A stretch of DNA of 64,000 bases, taken from assembly GCA_045613125.1 (NCBI GenBank), contig JAZLAM010000006.1, positions 18,075 to 82,074 on the forward strand, in the 5' to 3' direction. Source of the stretch: Alphaproteobacteria bacterium. Lineage in GTDB: Bacteria > Pseudomonadota > Alphaproteobacteria > RF32 > CAG-239. Positions 1 through 9,889 of the stretch are shown here, in pieces. Position 1 is the first letter of the stretch. Each line of letters starts with the position of its first letter. Position numbers and translations under genes: made by a program. The notes under the pieces are model-generated. The model had not been told where the DNA came from, ran no database searches, and saw only the letters and a program-made list of their open reading frames with translations.

Positions 1-1585
1 TGCTATATCACTTTGTTGCAACAACGTTCCAAATAACTCGGCTGCACTTTTGCCATCATCACCTTTCCATAAATTTTGCTCACCACTATTTTGATTATCG
101 GCACATAAAGTTTCAGCGACTTCCAAATGTGTCTTAATTAATTTTGAAAGAGATATTGCCGGTTGTTGAAATAACTCGTATAAAGGTCTTAAGAGTTCTT
201 TCAAATCTATTATCCATCTGCTAAGTTCTTCCGGTATTTGTTTTGATTGTTCTGAGAAAATAGGTTTTCTTATGTTATATTCCCAATTTCTCACTGTTTT
301 AAGCAAACTTGTGGGTTCTAAAGACATTTTCACAAAAGGATTTTTTACCAAAGCTAAAATTGACAATAAAGAAAAATCTGTTTCAATAACATTTAAAATT
401 AATCTCAAAAACACACCAACTGGTGTTAAGTGAAGTGGTTTCCCTGCTGAATCATCAATTTTTATCCCCCAACGCTCTAATTCTGTTGCCGTTCTTCTTG
501 CTAAATTTCTGTCTGTTGTTACAAGTGCCGCCGTTTTTGACGGGTTATTTAATGTTTCTCGCAAAATAAGAGCCACACTTAAAGCTTCTTGCCTGTCATC
601 AGCACATTCTATAAAAGAAATGCCTTCTATTGTTTCAAAAGAATAAGAACCATTATGCAAATCTCTCCATCTTGAGGTAGCTTTTGCTGGCAACATCACT
701 TCAGAAATAAAACGTTCTCGTTGAGGTTTTGTTGGTTGTATATAATCGGCAACGTCGAATCTATCAACACTAAGATAAGATAGTAATTTTTTTAACTCAA
801 ACTGTGGATGTGTAGGTCCTATCAAATCCCATTCATTATCACTAAGTGTCTTATCTAATCCGTATAAAAACACTTCACCATTTTCAAGTTCTGATACTAT
901 TTTTACAAGTTTATGAAAACTCTCATATCCAGCCGTAATACCAGCCGCTATAATTTTTTGTTTTGTTTTATTTTGTTGCCATAAAGATGCTTTAAGTTCT
1001 ATGAGCATATTTTTACGATACGCTAAATCCGTTACATTTTTCTCATTTAAAATTTTAGGCCAATTATCCGTAATTATTTTTAAAAATTCTAATGTTTGCT
1101 GCCAATGAGTAGCAAACTGCTCAGGCACAATATTTTTTAATTCATCAAACGATATACCTTCATTATATGACACATCAATTAATAGCGCTAAATCTTTTGC
1201 CAAACTCAAGGCCTGAGCAAAACTCATTTCCGGCACACCATAATCAGCAGGCTTAGACACTATTAACTTTGCAAATAAAAATAACCTTTCATATTCACTA
1301 ATTGCCGGTAAAACAGAATCAGTAAATTCTTCATCATTTGCACTTAGTAAAAAAATATCATCTTCTTCAATATCGCCAACCGGAACAATTTTAGGCAACA
1401 TTACAGGCTTTTTACCATTGTAACGTATAAAAGCCTCTTTAAGTGAAATACAAGTTCTGCGATTTGGCATTAAAAATATAACATCTGCAAGTTTTTCTTT
1501 GCTATCCTCAAATTCTTTTGAAATTTTCTGGACCAACGTATCAACAAAAGAACAGCTATACGGAATGTTATAAATAGCACCCATA
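1..1585 (-). CDS. addB: AddB-type double-strand break repair protein, N-terminal ~528 aa (gene runs off the left edge)
   Basis: Absent from the ORF track because it has no stop inside the window. My translation of the reverse strand from ATG at 1583-1585 gives MGAIYNIPYSCSFVDTLVQKISKEF..VIFLMPNRRTCISLKEAF..IIAAGITAGYESFHKLVKIVSELENGEVFLYGLDKTLSDNEWD.. No other >=60 aa ORF is listed in 1-1594. The pattern matches alphaproteobacterial AddB as I remember it. Confidence 0.65.
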
Positions 1586-1594
1586 ATTTACCTC

Positions 1595-2185
1595 TTATGA
1601 AATTGTTTTAAGATACTCGGTAAATTTTTTCAATGCTCTACCACGATGAGAAATTTTGTTTTTAATTTCAGGTCCTAATTCTGCAAACGTCTTATCATAT
1701 CCTAAAGGCACAAAAATAGGATCAAAACCAAATCCGGCATCCCCTTTTCTATCGTAAGAAATTACGCCATCTACCCTTCCTTCAAAACTCTTATATGTTC
1801 CATCAGGGTATCCTAAAGCCAGAACGCAAGCAAAATATGCCGATCTGTCTTCGGCTTTTGAATCGGCGATTTCTTGTAAAAGCATCTCTATAGCTTTATC
1901 AAAATCACGATTTGGCGCATATCTGGCAGAATACACTCCCGGTCTTCCGCCTAAGGCTTTCACACATAATCCCGAATCGTCAGCGATACAAGTAACTCCG
2001 GTTAATTTTGCTATAGCAACAGCTTTTAAAGCAGCATTTTCTTCAAAAGTTTCTCCCGTTTCCTCAACATCCGGCATTTCTATATCTTCCGACGTCTTAA
2101 TTGTTATTCCGAATGGTTCTAATATTTGTTTTAATTCGGCAATTTTACCTTTATTATGACTGGCGAAAATAAGTTCTTTCATCAT
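1595..2185 (-). CDS. rdgB: dITP/XTP pyrophosphatase (RdgB/HAM1 family)
   Basis: 196 aa. Motifs FASHNKGKIAE, ADDSGL, GRPGVYSARY, GFGFDPIF, SHRGRAL. Start overlaps the rph stop by 4 nt. Confidence 0.9.
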   Translation of the reverse strand: MMKELIFASHNKGKIAELKQILEPFGITIKTSEDIEMPDVEETGETFEENAALKAVAIAKLTGVTCIADDSGLCVKALGGRPGVYSARYAPNRDFDKAIEMLLQEIADSKAEDRSAYFACVLALGYPDGTYKSFEGRVDGVISYDRKGDAGFGFDPIFVPLGYDKTFAELGPEIKNKISHRGRALKKFTEYLKTIS

Positions 2186-2895
2186 TTTATTCCTAAAGCT
2201 TGTTTTTGTTTTTCAATAAGTTCTTTTATACCATCTTTTGCAGTTTCAAACAGTTCAAAAAATTTATCTTGTTCAAACGGTTCTTCTTCTGCCGTCCCCT
2301 GAATTTCTACAATGCGTCCGCTTTCAGTAATTACAAAATTAGTATCAGCTCTGGCTGAACTATCTTCATCATAATCTAAGTCTAGCAAAACCTTATCACC
2401 ATCAAGTCCACAAGATACTGCCGCAACAAACTCTTTTATCGGATTTTTTTGTAATTTTCCTTCTTTTTTTAATTTTTCCAAAGCCATATAAAGAGCCACA
2501 AAACTTCCCGTTATGGATGCGGTTCTTGTTCCTCCGTCTGCCTGTAAAACGTCACAATCAATTAAAATCATATAATCTTTTAATGCGTATAAATCAGTAA
2601 CAGACCTTAATGATCGTCCTATCAGACGTTGTATTTCATGGGTACGGCCGGAAACACCTTTTGTCTCACGAGAAACTCTGGTTTGAGTAGAACGAGGCAA
2701 TAAAGAATATTCGGCGGTAACCCAACCTTTATCTGATCCTTTAAGCCATGCCGGCAATTTATCATCCACACTTGCCGTACATAAAACTTTAGTATTTCCA
2801 CAAGTGATTAGACATGACCCTTCGGCATACAAATTAACTCCTGTTTGAATCTGAACTTCACGTAAAGTTTTTTCCCCTCTATTATTTTTACGCAT
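2182..2895 (-). CDS. rph: Ribonuclease PH
   Basis: 237 aa. Motifs GSCLITCGNTKVLC, GRTHEIQRLIGRSLR, CDVLQADGGTRTASITG. Confidence 0.95.
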   Translation of the reverse strand: MRKNNRGEKTLREVQIQTGVNLYAEGSCLITCGNTKVLCTASVDDKLPAWLKGSDKGWVTAEYSLLPRSTQTRVSRETKGVSGRTHEIQRLIGRSLRSVTDLYALKDYMILIDCDVLQADGGTRTASITGSFVALYMALEKLKKEGKLQKNPIKEFVAAVSCGLDGDKVLLDLDYDEDSSARADTNFVITESGRIVEIQGTAEEEPFEQDKFFELFETAKDGIKELIEKQKQALGIK

Positions 2896-3460
2896 TTTTA
2901 TGCCCCTTCACATAGAAATCATTAATTGCTTTTATCACTCTTGAAACAGTGTGTTCAACTCTTTCATCTTTTGTTTCAACCACAATATCAGCCTCACTGT
3001 AATATGGATACTCTTCCTTTATGTAACTTTCTAAACGTTCTTTCAAAACCGAATCGGCATCCATCAAAAAGGGTCGATGTTTTCTACCTGTAGTACGATT
3101 ATATAAGGTTTCAACATCTGCTTTAAGCCATATAGTTAAAGCATTTTCTTTTGCCAAATCTCTAGTAGTTTGTGCCACAAATGAACCCCCACCAGATGCT
3201 AGCACACAAGGAGTTCCTTTGAGTAAACGTTTCATAACCCTCATTTCTCCTGCTCGATACTCTTCAGGACCAAAACATTTTAAAACATCAATAAGAGAAA
3301 GACCTGCTGCTTTTTCAATTTCTCTATCGCCATCAACAAAAGGAAGCTTTAGTTTTTGCGCCAATCTTTTACCAACACTTGTTTTACCGCTCCCCATCAA
3401 TCCGACCAGAAGAATTATTTTATTTGTACTATTTATCATTTTTCTTAATACTTCTTTCAA
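2888..3460 (-). CDS. aroK: Shikimate kinase
   Basis: P-loop LVGLMGSGKTSVGKRLA followed by DGD. The true start may be the internal Met at 3439. Confidence 0.88.
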   Translation of the reverse strand: MKEVLRKMINSTNKIILLVGLMGSGKTSVGKRLAQKLKLPFVDGDREIEKAAGLSLIDVLKCFGPEEYRAGEMRVMKRLLKGTPCVLASGGGSFVAQTTRDLAKENALTIWLKADVETLYNRTTGRKHRPFLMDADSVLKERLESYIKEEYPYYSEADIVVETKDERVEHTVSRVIKAINDFYVKGHKNA

Positions 3461-3526
3461 TTTATTATGCTAGATAATACAGATATTATCTTTATTACGC
3501 AACATTTTTTATAAGGTTAATTTACT

Positions 3527-3667
3527 ATGAAGCAAAAAAAATACAACTGGATTTTTTATATTTTGGTTTTAGCTATAATCGGCAGCATACTTTACATAGC
3601 AACCAAAGATATAACACCTATCTCGCATCAAATTGAAAACACGATAAAAATTAAGTTTAATAAATAA
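3527..3667 (+). CDS. Possible 46 aa single-pass membrane peptide
   Basis: My translation is MKQKKYNWIFYILVLAIIGSILYIATKDITPISHQIENTIKIKFNK, ending 2 nt before the xerD ATG. It has one hydrophobic helix. It is below the ORF-track size cutoff and I recognise no homology. Confidence 0.25.
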   Translation: MKQKKYNWIFYILVLAIIGSILYIATKDITPISHQIENTIKIKFNK

Positions 3668-3669
3668 AA

Positions 3670-4584
3670 ATGAATACCGAATCCATAGTTCTGTTTTTAG
3701 ACATGATAACGGCTGAAAAAGGAGCAAGCCCAAATACGATTGCTTCCTATCAGTATGATTTGCTACAATTTTTTAAAATAATAAATACCGAACCTAAAAA
3801 TATCACACGAAAGCATATATCAGATTATGTTCAAGAATTAGCAAACTTATATTACGCACCAAAATCTCAAGCAAGGAAACTTTCTGCTGTAAGAGAATTC
3901 TGTAAATTTTTACTTCAAGAAAAAATTTTAACGGATAATCCCTGCTTGAATATTATAACCCCAAAGCTAGAAAAAAAGATACCTAATTTCTTAAGCCCAA
4001 CACAAATAAAAATACTAATTGAAACTGCTAAAAAACAACCTGATTTTTCCATAAAAAGAATCGGCGTAATGATAAACTTAATGTTTGCTACAGGTCTTAG
4101 AGTGTCAGAACTTATCCAATTATCGGAAAATTCCATAAATTATGATAAAAAAATAGTAACGGTAATAGGAAAAGGAAATAAAGAAAGAATTGTTCCTATA
4201 TCAAGCCAAGCAAGTAATGATGTAAGAGATTACGCAAACACATATCGCCAATTATTTATAAAAAAAGGGAAAATTTCTGTTTGGCTTTTTCCTTCCTTGA
4301 GATCCGCAAGTGGTCATATTACTCGAGATGCTTTTTTTAAATGCTTAAAGACTCTAGCTATTAATGCCGAATTAAATTCGGATATTATATCTCCTCATAC
4401 ATTAAGACATTCTTTTGCCACCAATCTTATTAATAACGAATCTGATTTAAGAAGTGTACAAAAAATGTTAGGGCATGAAAATATTACAACAACTGAAATT
4501 TACACACATATATTAAAAGAAAAACTTACAAACACCATAATACAAAAACACCCCTTAGCATCTGTACATTTTAAATGTGATTGA
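3670..4584 (+). CDS. xerD: Tyrosine recombinase XerD (chromosome dimer resolution)
   Basis: N-terminal SAM-like segment ASPNTIASYQYDL. C-terminal catalytic region ATGLRVSEL ... HTLRHSFATNLI ... LGHENITTTEIYTH. Confidence 0.85.
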   Translation: MNTESIVLFLDMITAEKGASPNTIASYQYDLLQFFKIINTEPKNITRKHISDYVQELANLYYAPKSQARKLSAVREFCKFLLQEKILTDNPCLNIITPKLEKKIPNFLSPTQIKILIETAKKQPDFSIKRIGVMINLMFATGLRVSELIQLSENSINYDKKIVTVIGKGNKERIVPISSQASNDVRDYANTYRQLFIKKGKISVWLFPSLRSASGHITRDAFFKCLKTLAINAELNSDIISPHTLRHSFATNLINNESDLRSVQKMLGHENITTTEIYTHILKEKLTNTIIQKHPLASVHFKCD

Positions 4585-4616
4585 TTTTTACTCTTCAATA
4601 AATTACACTACATATC

Positions 4617-5138
4617 ATGAAAAAAGAAAAAAACATAATTAATGAAGAACATAAAAGCGCCGGTCTTACTCCTTTTGCCGTTGATATATCTGATTTTGCC
4701 ACAAAACTTTTAGGGAAAAAAGGATTATGTGAAATGAAAATTTTAACAGCATGGAATAGTATAGTCGGAGATGATTTAGCAAAATATTCTGTGCCGGAAA
4801 GAATCTCTTTTGCTAAAGGTAAAAGAGATAACGGAATTTTACATTTAGTTGTTGCAAATGGATCTTATGCTCTTCAGATAGGACACAAAACCACAATTAT
4901 ATTAGAAAAAATAAATACTTTTTTTGGTTATAATGCCGTTTCACAAATAAAAATATCACAAAATGAAGCACCTTTTCATCACCATGAAGAAACTATTTTT
5001 GAAGATAAGACCAATAAAAAACTTGTATCTGACCAAGAACAAAATTATATTATTGAAATAACTAAAGATGTCAAAAATCTCGAATTAAAAAAACGTTTAC
5101 AAAGTTTGGGTGAAAATATTTTTAAACAAGACAAATAG
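4617..5138 (+). CDS. DUF721 (DciA-like) protein
   Basis: 173 aa. Motif string WNSIVGDDLAKYSVPERISF..GILHLVVANGSYALQIGHKTTIILEKINTFFGYNAVSQIKI matches the alphaproteobacterial DUF721 pattern from memory. Confidence 0.65.
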   Translation: MKKEKNIINEEHKSAGLTPFAVDISDFATKLLGKKGLCEMKILTAWNSIVGDDLAKYSVPERISFAKGKRDNGILHLVVANGSYALQIGHKTTIILEKINTFFGYNAVSQIKISQNEAPFHHHEETIFEDKTNKKLVSDQEQNYIIEITKDVKNLELKKRLQSLGENIFKQDK

Positions 5139-5148
5139 GAGAAAATTT

Positions 5149-5868
5149 GTGGAAAAATTTATACGAACATTAAGCACTATTATCACATCTATTTTATTTT
5201 ATGTAATAGCTTCTTATGTTTATCTTTCAGGGAAAGGTTTTATTTATAACAATGGTACTTTTACCTTGGTAAAAGAAGCTCATGCTTCTAGCGAATCGCA
5301 AGATTTTGCTCACCAAATCGATAATAATATTGCTCTAAACTTCAAAGATGATAAAGCAATCGGACACAAAGACGCTCCACTTACATTATACGAATTTTCT
5401 TCCTTAGGTTGCTCTCACTGTGCTGATTTTCATCTTAACATACTTCCCAAACTTGAGGCTGACTTTATATCCGATGGTAAGTTAAAAGTTGTTTTTGTTA
5501 ATTTCCCATTAGATGCAAAATCAATGAAAGGAGCTATGTTATCAGAATGTATATCATCTGAAAAAAGGGAGAAATTCTTAAACATAGCTTTTTTAAAACA
5601 AAGAGAATGGATGTTATCATTTAAACCGGAAGAAACTCTTGCAAAATACGTTATAGATGACACTTTTACAAATGATGACATGATAAAATGTTTAGCTGAT
5701 GATTTATTAGCAAAAAATATTTTAGCAGACAGGCAAGAAGCTATTGATAAACTCAAAATACAAGGTACACCTGCCTTTTTATTTAGTTCAGGTGGGGTAA
5801 ATGAAATTATTTATGGCGTGCCTGACTATGAACAATTAAAAAACTATATTGAAAACAGATTGTTATAA
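5149..5868 (+). CDS. DsbA-family periplasmic thiol:disulfide oxidoreductase
   Basis: CSHC active site (SSLGCSHCADFH), an N-terminal membrane anchor and a late GTPAF cis-Pro motif. I prefer the GTG at 5149, which has AGGAG 7 nt upstream, over the track start GTG at 5110, which overlaps the upstream gene. Confidence 0.8.
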   Translation: MEKFIRTLSTIITSILFYVIASYVYLSGKGFIYNNGTFTLVKEAHASSESQDFAHQIDNNIALNFKDDKAIGHKDAPLTLYEFSSLGCSHCADFHLNILPKLEADFISDGKLKVVFVNFPLDAKSMKGAMLSECISSEKREKFLNIAFLKQREWMLSFKPEETLAKYVIDDTFTNDDMIKCLADDLLAKNILADRQEAIDKLKIQGTPAFLFSSGGVNEIIYGVPDYEQLKNYIENRLL

Positions 5869-5881
5869 TTATACAAAAGAT

Positions 5882-6187
5882 ATGATAAAAAAACCGGATG
5901 ACATAAAAAATCTTGATAAAAAAATAGCTGCTTTCAAAAAAGAAGAGCAAATTAAACAATCAGAACATCAAAATGATACAGAATACTCTTCAGCGGCAGC
6001 AGGGTTTCAGATAAGCACTGAATTATTAGCAGGTGTCGTAATTGGATCGACCTTAGGGTATGTTTTTGATAAAGTTTTTGATACCACACCTTGGTTATTA
6101 GCTATTTTCACAATTTTTGGCGGAGCTGCCGGTTTATTAAACATTTATAAAACATTTAAAGATGAAAATAGAAGCGATGAGGAGTAA
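5882..6187 (+). CDS. atpI: AtpI/AtpZ-like F0F1 ATP synthase accessory protein
   Basis: Two-TM small protein (ELLAGVVIGSTLGYVFD..PWLLAIFTIFGGAAGLLNIY) directly upstream of atpB. The track start at 5849 is a TTG, and ATG 5882 is more plausible. Confidence 0.6.
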   Translation: MIKKPDDIKNLDKKIAAFKKEEQIKQSEHQNDTEYSSAAAGFQISTELLAGVVIGSTLGYVFDKVFDTTPWLLAIFTIFGGAAGLLNIYKTFKDENRSDEE

Positions 6188-6192
6188 AACTT

Positions 6193-6915
6193 ATGGCAAG
6201 TCCTTTAGAGCAATTTACTGTCAAACCGCTAATTCCGATAACAATCGGCAATTATGATATATCTTTTACGAATTCTGCATTATTTATGGTAATAACCGTA
6301 CTGAGTATTGTTATTTTGTTTGCATTCTGCTTAAGAAAAAGAAATATTATTCCCACTATATCGCAATCAATACCTGAAGCCACATACGATTTTATCCACA
6401 ATTTGTTAAAAAATAGCGCCGGAAAAGATGGCTTAAAATATTTTTCGTTTATTTTCAGTATATTCTTATTTATTGCTTTCGGTAATTTCTTAGGACTTTT
6501 TCCTTACAGTTTCACGTTTACTTCACATTTAGCTGCTGTAGGTTGCTTATCTATATTGGCTCTTATATTTAACATTATTGTCGGAATTAAAGTAAAAAAA
6601 TGGGGCTATTTAAGAACTTTTTTACCCAAAGGAATTCCTGTAGCATTAGCTCCTCTGGTTATACCTATTGAAGCGATTTCATTATTATCAAAACCATTTA
6701 GCTTAACCGTACGTTTAGTTGCGAACATGACGGTCGGACATATAATGCTAAAAATTTTAGCAGGTTTTATTGTTGCATTAGGACTTGGTGGTATTGTTCC
6801 ACTCTTGTTTGATGCTTGTATTATTATTTTTGAAATGTTTATTGCAGTTTTGCAAGCATATATATATACTGTATTAAGCTGTATATATTTAAGTGATGCC
6901 ATTCATCATCACTGA
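6193..6915 (+). CDS. atpB: F0F1 ATP synthase subunit a
   Basis: 240 aa polytopic protein with the conserved LTVRLVANMTVGH motif. Confidence 0.95.
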   Translation: MASPLEQFTVKPLIPITIGNYDISFTNSALFMVITVLSIVILFAFCLRKRNIIPTISQSIPEATYDFIHNLLKNSAGKDGLKYFSFIFSIFLFIAFGNFLGLFPYSFTFTSHLAAVGCLSILALIFNIIVGIKVKKWGYLRTFLPKGIPVALAPLVIPIEAISLLSKPFSLTVRLVANMTVGHIMLKILAGFIVALGLGGIVPLLFDACIIIFEMFIAVLQAYIYTVLSCIYLSDAIHHH

Positions 6916-6947
6916 TAACTTAAATTTTGATAAAGAAAGGAAATATT

Positions 6948-7169
6948 ATGGAACCGATAGCTTATATCTCTGCTGCAATTTGTGCCGTATCTATGACCGT
7001 TGCTGCCTGGGGCGTTACAAAACTTTGGACAACGATGATCGAAACAGTTGGTCGCAATCCGCAAGTTAAAAAAGAAGTTGATATTTATGGTTGGGCTGGC
7101 TTTGCTGCAATTGAAGCTATTGCATTGTATGCACTAGTTGTTGCTTTGGTTATTTTGACCGGCAAATAA
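6948..7169 (+). CDS. atpE: F0F1 ATP synthase subunit c
   Basis: Hairpin protein with the GRNP loop and the proton-carrying Glu in AAIEAIALYALVVAL. ATG 6948 has AAAGGAAA upstream, whereas the track start at 6927 is a TTG. Confidence 0.95.
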   Translation: MEPIAYISAAICAVSMTVAAWGVTKLWTTMIETVGRNPQVKKEVDIYGWAGFAAIEAIALYALVVALVILTGK

Positions 7170-7171
7170 AC

Positions 7172-7651
7172 ATGCCTCAACTTGAAACATCTACATATTT
7201 TTCACAAATATTTTGGCTTATAACCACATTTTTAAGTCTGTGGTTTTTTATGGCATGGTTTATCATACCTAAAATTGAAGATGTTATGGAACAGCGCCGA
7301 CGTAAAATTGATGATTTTGTGCAAAAAGCCGAAAGATTCAACAAACAGGCGCTGGTCTCTTTAAATAAATATGAAAAAGCGTTAGAAAAAGCAAAAGTAG
7401 AGGCGCAAAATGCCATAGCAGATAATAAAAAAATTTTAGAAACTAGTGTCTTAGCAAGAAGAGCTCAGGTTGAAGAATTGTTAAATAAAAAAATTGCCGA
7501 TACAGAAATTATGCTTGCAAAAGAAAAACAAGAAACTTTAATCGCAATAGATGAACTTGCTTTAACACTTGCAACTGACATTTTAGCTAAATTGGATATT
7601 CAAAATATTAATTTGGATACCATTCGTAAATATACCGGAGACGATAAATAA
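7172..7651 (+). CDS. atpF2: F0F1 ATP synthase subunit b'
   Basis: One N-terminal TM followed by a long charged helix. It is the first of two tandem b-type genes, as in alphaproteobacterial F0 operons. Confidence 0.8.
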   Translation: MPQLETSTYFSQIFWLITTFLSLWFFMAWFIIPKIEDVMEQRRRKIDDFVQKAERFNKQALVSLNKYEKALEKAKVEAQNAIADNKKILETSVLARRAQVEELLNKKIADTEIMLAKEKQETLIAIDELALTLATDILAKLDIQNINLDTIRKYTGDDK

Positions 7652-8283
7652 TGGATATCAAAGCTCAAGAACATTTATCCTCTTCAGAATTTATTGACAA
7701 TGCTCAAAATGCGGTCATAGAGGCGGTAGACAATGTATCGGAAATGATATCCGAAACAACAGCTTTATCTGAATTTCAAGACACCCATCATAGCAAAATT
7801 TTTTATCAAAGCCCTGAATTTTGGGTTGGAATGGCTTTCGTTTTAGTTGTTGTTTTTTTAACCAAACCTATAAGTAAAATAGCAAAAAAGTTTTTTACTA
7901 AAAGACGTGAAGATATCATTACTCGCATTAATGAAGCTGAAAAACTGAGAGATGAAGCTCAAGCACTATTATCCCAATATGAACGTAAATTTTTACATGC
8001 GAAAGACGAGGCTAAAAGTATTTTAGATAAAGCTACTGCTGAAATTGAAAATCTAACAGAATACGAATTAAATAAAATAGAAAAAGAACTTATTCTCAAA
8101 CAAAAAGACACTGATAAAAATATTGAAGCTTCAATAGAAAAAATCAAAAAAGAATTAAGCACACTTGCCGTATCAAAAGCGCTCTGTATGGTAAACCAAT
8201 ATATACAACACAATTTTGATAAAAGGCAACATGAAAAACTTATTGATAATTCAATAAAAAACATTATCAACACTTTTAAATAA
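7651..8283 (+). CDS. atpF: F0F1 ATP synthase subunit b
   Basis: TM segment FWVGMAFVLVVVFL followed by a coiled-coil. ATG overlaps the atpF' stop. Confidence 0.8.
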   Translation: MDIKAQEHLSSSEFIDNAQNAVIEAVDNVSEMISETTALSEFQDTHHSKIFYQSPEFWVGMAFVLVVVFLTKPISKIAKKFFTKRREDIITRINEAEKLRDEAQALLSQYERKFLHAKDEAKSILDKATAEIENLTEYELNKIEKELILKQKDTDKNIEASIEKIKKELSTLAVSKALCMVNQYIQHNFDKRQHEKLIDNSIKNIINTFK

Positions 8284-8300
8284 TAATCATTTACAGATTA

Positions 8301-9023
8301 TCATTTATAAACTCTTGCCACAGTTAAAAAATCAACAGATTTCGCACCCGCGTGAATCAGTACTTTTGCACACTCTTTTAATGTTGAACCTGTTGTTTGA
8401 ACATCATCAATTAAAACCACTCTTTTATCTTTTATATTTTCAGGATATTTTACCATAAAAGCATCTTTAATATTCTTGATTCTGGCTTTTCCGGAATAAC
8501 TTACTTGAGGTTTTGTAGATTTATATTTTACCAAAGATTTAAAGTCCGTTTCTATTAATACCAATTTACTGAGTTCTGTTGCCAATAAAGCTGATTGATT
8601 ATATCTCCTTTTTACAAGTCTTTTATAATGTAACGGGACAGGTATCAAAATATCTGCGCCTGCTGCAAATATATCACCGCCGGCAATTTTCAGCCACTTA
8701 GCGAAAACTTTGGCATTTTCTGTTTTATCCATAAATTTAAATGCTAAAATCATATTTTTTGATAAAGTTTCATATTTAATGGCAGAGCGAGAATATCTGA
8801 AAAGCTTTTTAGCATCTTTCACACACATCGGACACAGTAAATTTTTATTAATGCCAATGCCATCAGGAAGTGGTAATCCACAACGTTTACAATATGGCGC
8901 TGAAATAAATGTTATTTCATTAAAACAATTAGCGCATAAACCATCTTCATCAGCCAAAATTTTTCCACAATTTATACATCGAGGAGGAAGCAAAAAATTT
9001 ATAATATCTTTTAATATACTCAT
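8301..9023 (-). CDS. comF: ComF-family phosphoribosyltransferase-domain protein
   Basis: N-terminal CxxC...CxxC zinc ribbon (CINCGK..CANC, CKRCG..CPMC) and C-terminal PRTase motif VVLIDDVQTTGST. Confidence 0.8.
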   Translation of the reverse strand: MSILKDIINFLLPPRCINCGKILADEDGLCANCFNEITFISAPYCKRCGLPLPDGIGINKNLLCPMCVKDAKKLFRYSRSAIKYETLSKNMILAFKFMDKTENAKVFAKWLKIAGGDIFAAGADILIPVPLHYKRLVKRRYNQSALLATELSKLVLIETDFKSLVKYKSTKPQVSYSGKARIKNIKDAFMVKYPENIKDKRVVLIDDVQTTGSTLKECAKVLIHAGAKSVDFLTVARVYK

Positions 9024-9889
9024 GGTAACTTTTGCAAAACATTATGTATTTGATTAATACTATCAACGACTTCTATTCCGGCCTTCCTTACAATTTCTTT
9101 TTTATCATTTGCCGTAAATTTCCCTCCGGTAATAATATCTCCGGCATAGCCCATTTTATCTCTCATTAAATGGGTTGAACCCGCAATATACCCAATAATA
9201 GGTTTTTTATTTTTCAGACTTGCATAGTATCTGGCAGCCTCTTCTTCATACATACTTCCTTGCTGTCCTATCATCAGTATAGCTTGCGTATTATCATCCT
9301 CATGAAAACGGCGTATTATTTCTACAAAATCTGTCCCAACAATCATATCATCACCTAGGCCGACGACAGTCGATTGACCTTTGCCTGCTCGTATTGTTTC
9401 TAAGACAGCTTCATATGTCAAAGTCGATGACCGAGAAACTATTCCAATATTACCCTTCTTATGTATATTTTCCGGAAAAATACCTAAACGAACTTCTTCA
9501 GGAGTAATTATCCCTGGTGTGTTTGGACCTATAAGCAATGTTTTTGAACCTTTTAACATTGCTTTAATTTCCATCATATCTTTAATTGGGACACCAGAAG
9601 CAATTGTAACAACTGTTTCTAACTCAGCTTCTATAGCTTCTCTTACTGCATCTTTTACAAAAGGTGCCGGCACAAACATTACAGAAGATGTTGCACCTTT
9701 TACTTCTACTGCTTCTCTTACCGTATTAAATACATCTATACCCAAATGTTTTAATCCCCCACGATTTGGCGAAACTCCTCCAACCACATTGGTGCCATAT
9801 GCTAACATTTTTTGTGTATGAAAAGAAGCTTGAGTTCCTGTTATGCCTTGTACTAAAACTTTTGTGTTTTTATCTGCTAATATAGACAT
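9020..9889 (-). CDS. sucD: Succinyl-CoA synthetase alpha subunit
   Basis: Motifs VQGITGTQASFH, IGPNTPGII and SRSSTLTYE; a Met (HLMRDKMGYAGDI) occupies the position of the usual phospho-His (GHAGAI) in my from-memory alignment. Confidence 0.93.
   Translation of the reverse strand: MSILADKNTKVLVQGITGTQASFHTQKMLAYGTNVVGGVSPNRGGLKHLGIDVFNTVREAVEVKGATSSVMFVPAPFVKDAVREAIEAELETVVTIASGVPIKDMMEIKAMLKGSKTLLIGPNTPGIITPEEVRLGIFPENIHKKGNIGIVSRSSTLTYEAVLETIRAGKGQSTVVGLGDDMIVGTDFVEIIRRFHEDDNTQAILMIGQQGSMYEEEAARYYASLKNKKPIIGYIAGSTHLMRDKMGYAGDIITGGKFTANDKKEIVRKAGIEVVDSINQIHNVLQKLP

Noticed and set aside
3670-4584. The tyrosine recombinase considered as a marker of an integrated mobile element.
   Set aside because: It has the XerD-type N-terminal domain and the conserved C-terminal catalytic residues. 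It sits between aroK and DUF721/dsbA/atp genes with no att-like repeats, tRNA or phage/IS genes nearby.
6392-6400. Perfect DnaA-box nonamer TTATCCACA, plus a one-mismatch copy TTATCCATA at 48045-48053, considered as a possible origin signature.
   Set aside because: These are single isolated boxes, one of them inside the atpB coding sequence. There is no cluster, no adjacent AT-rich unwinding element and no origin-typical neighbouring genes.
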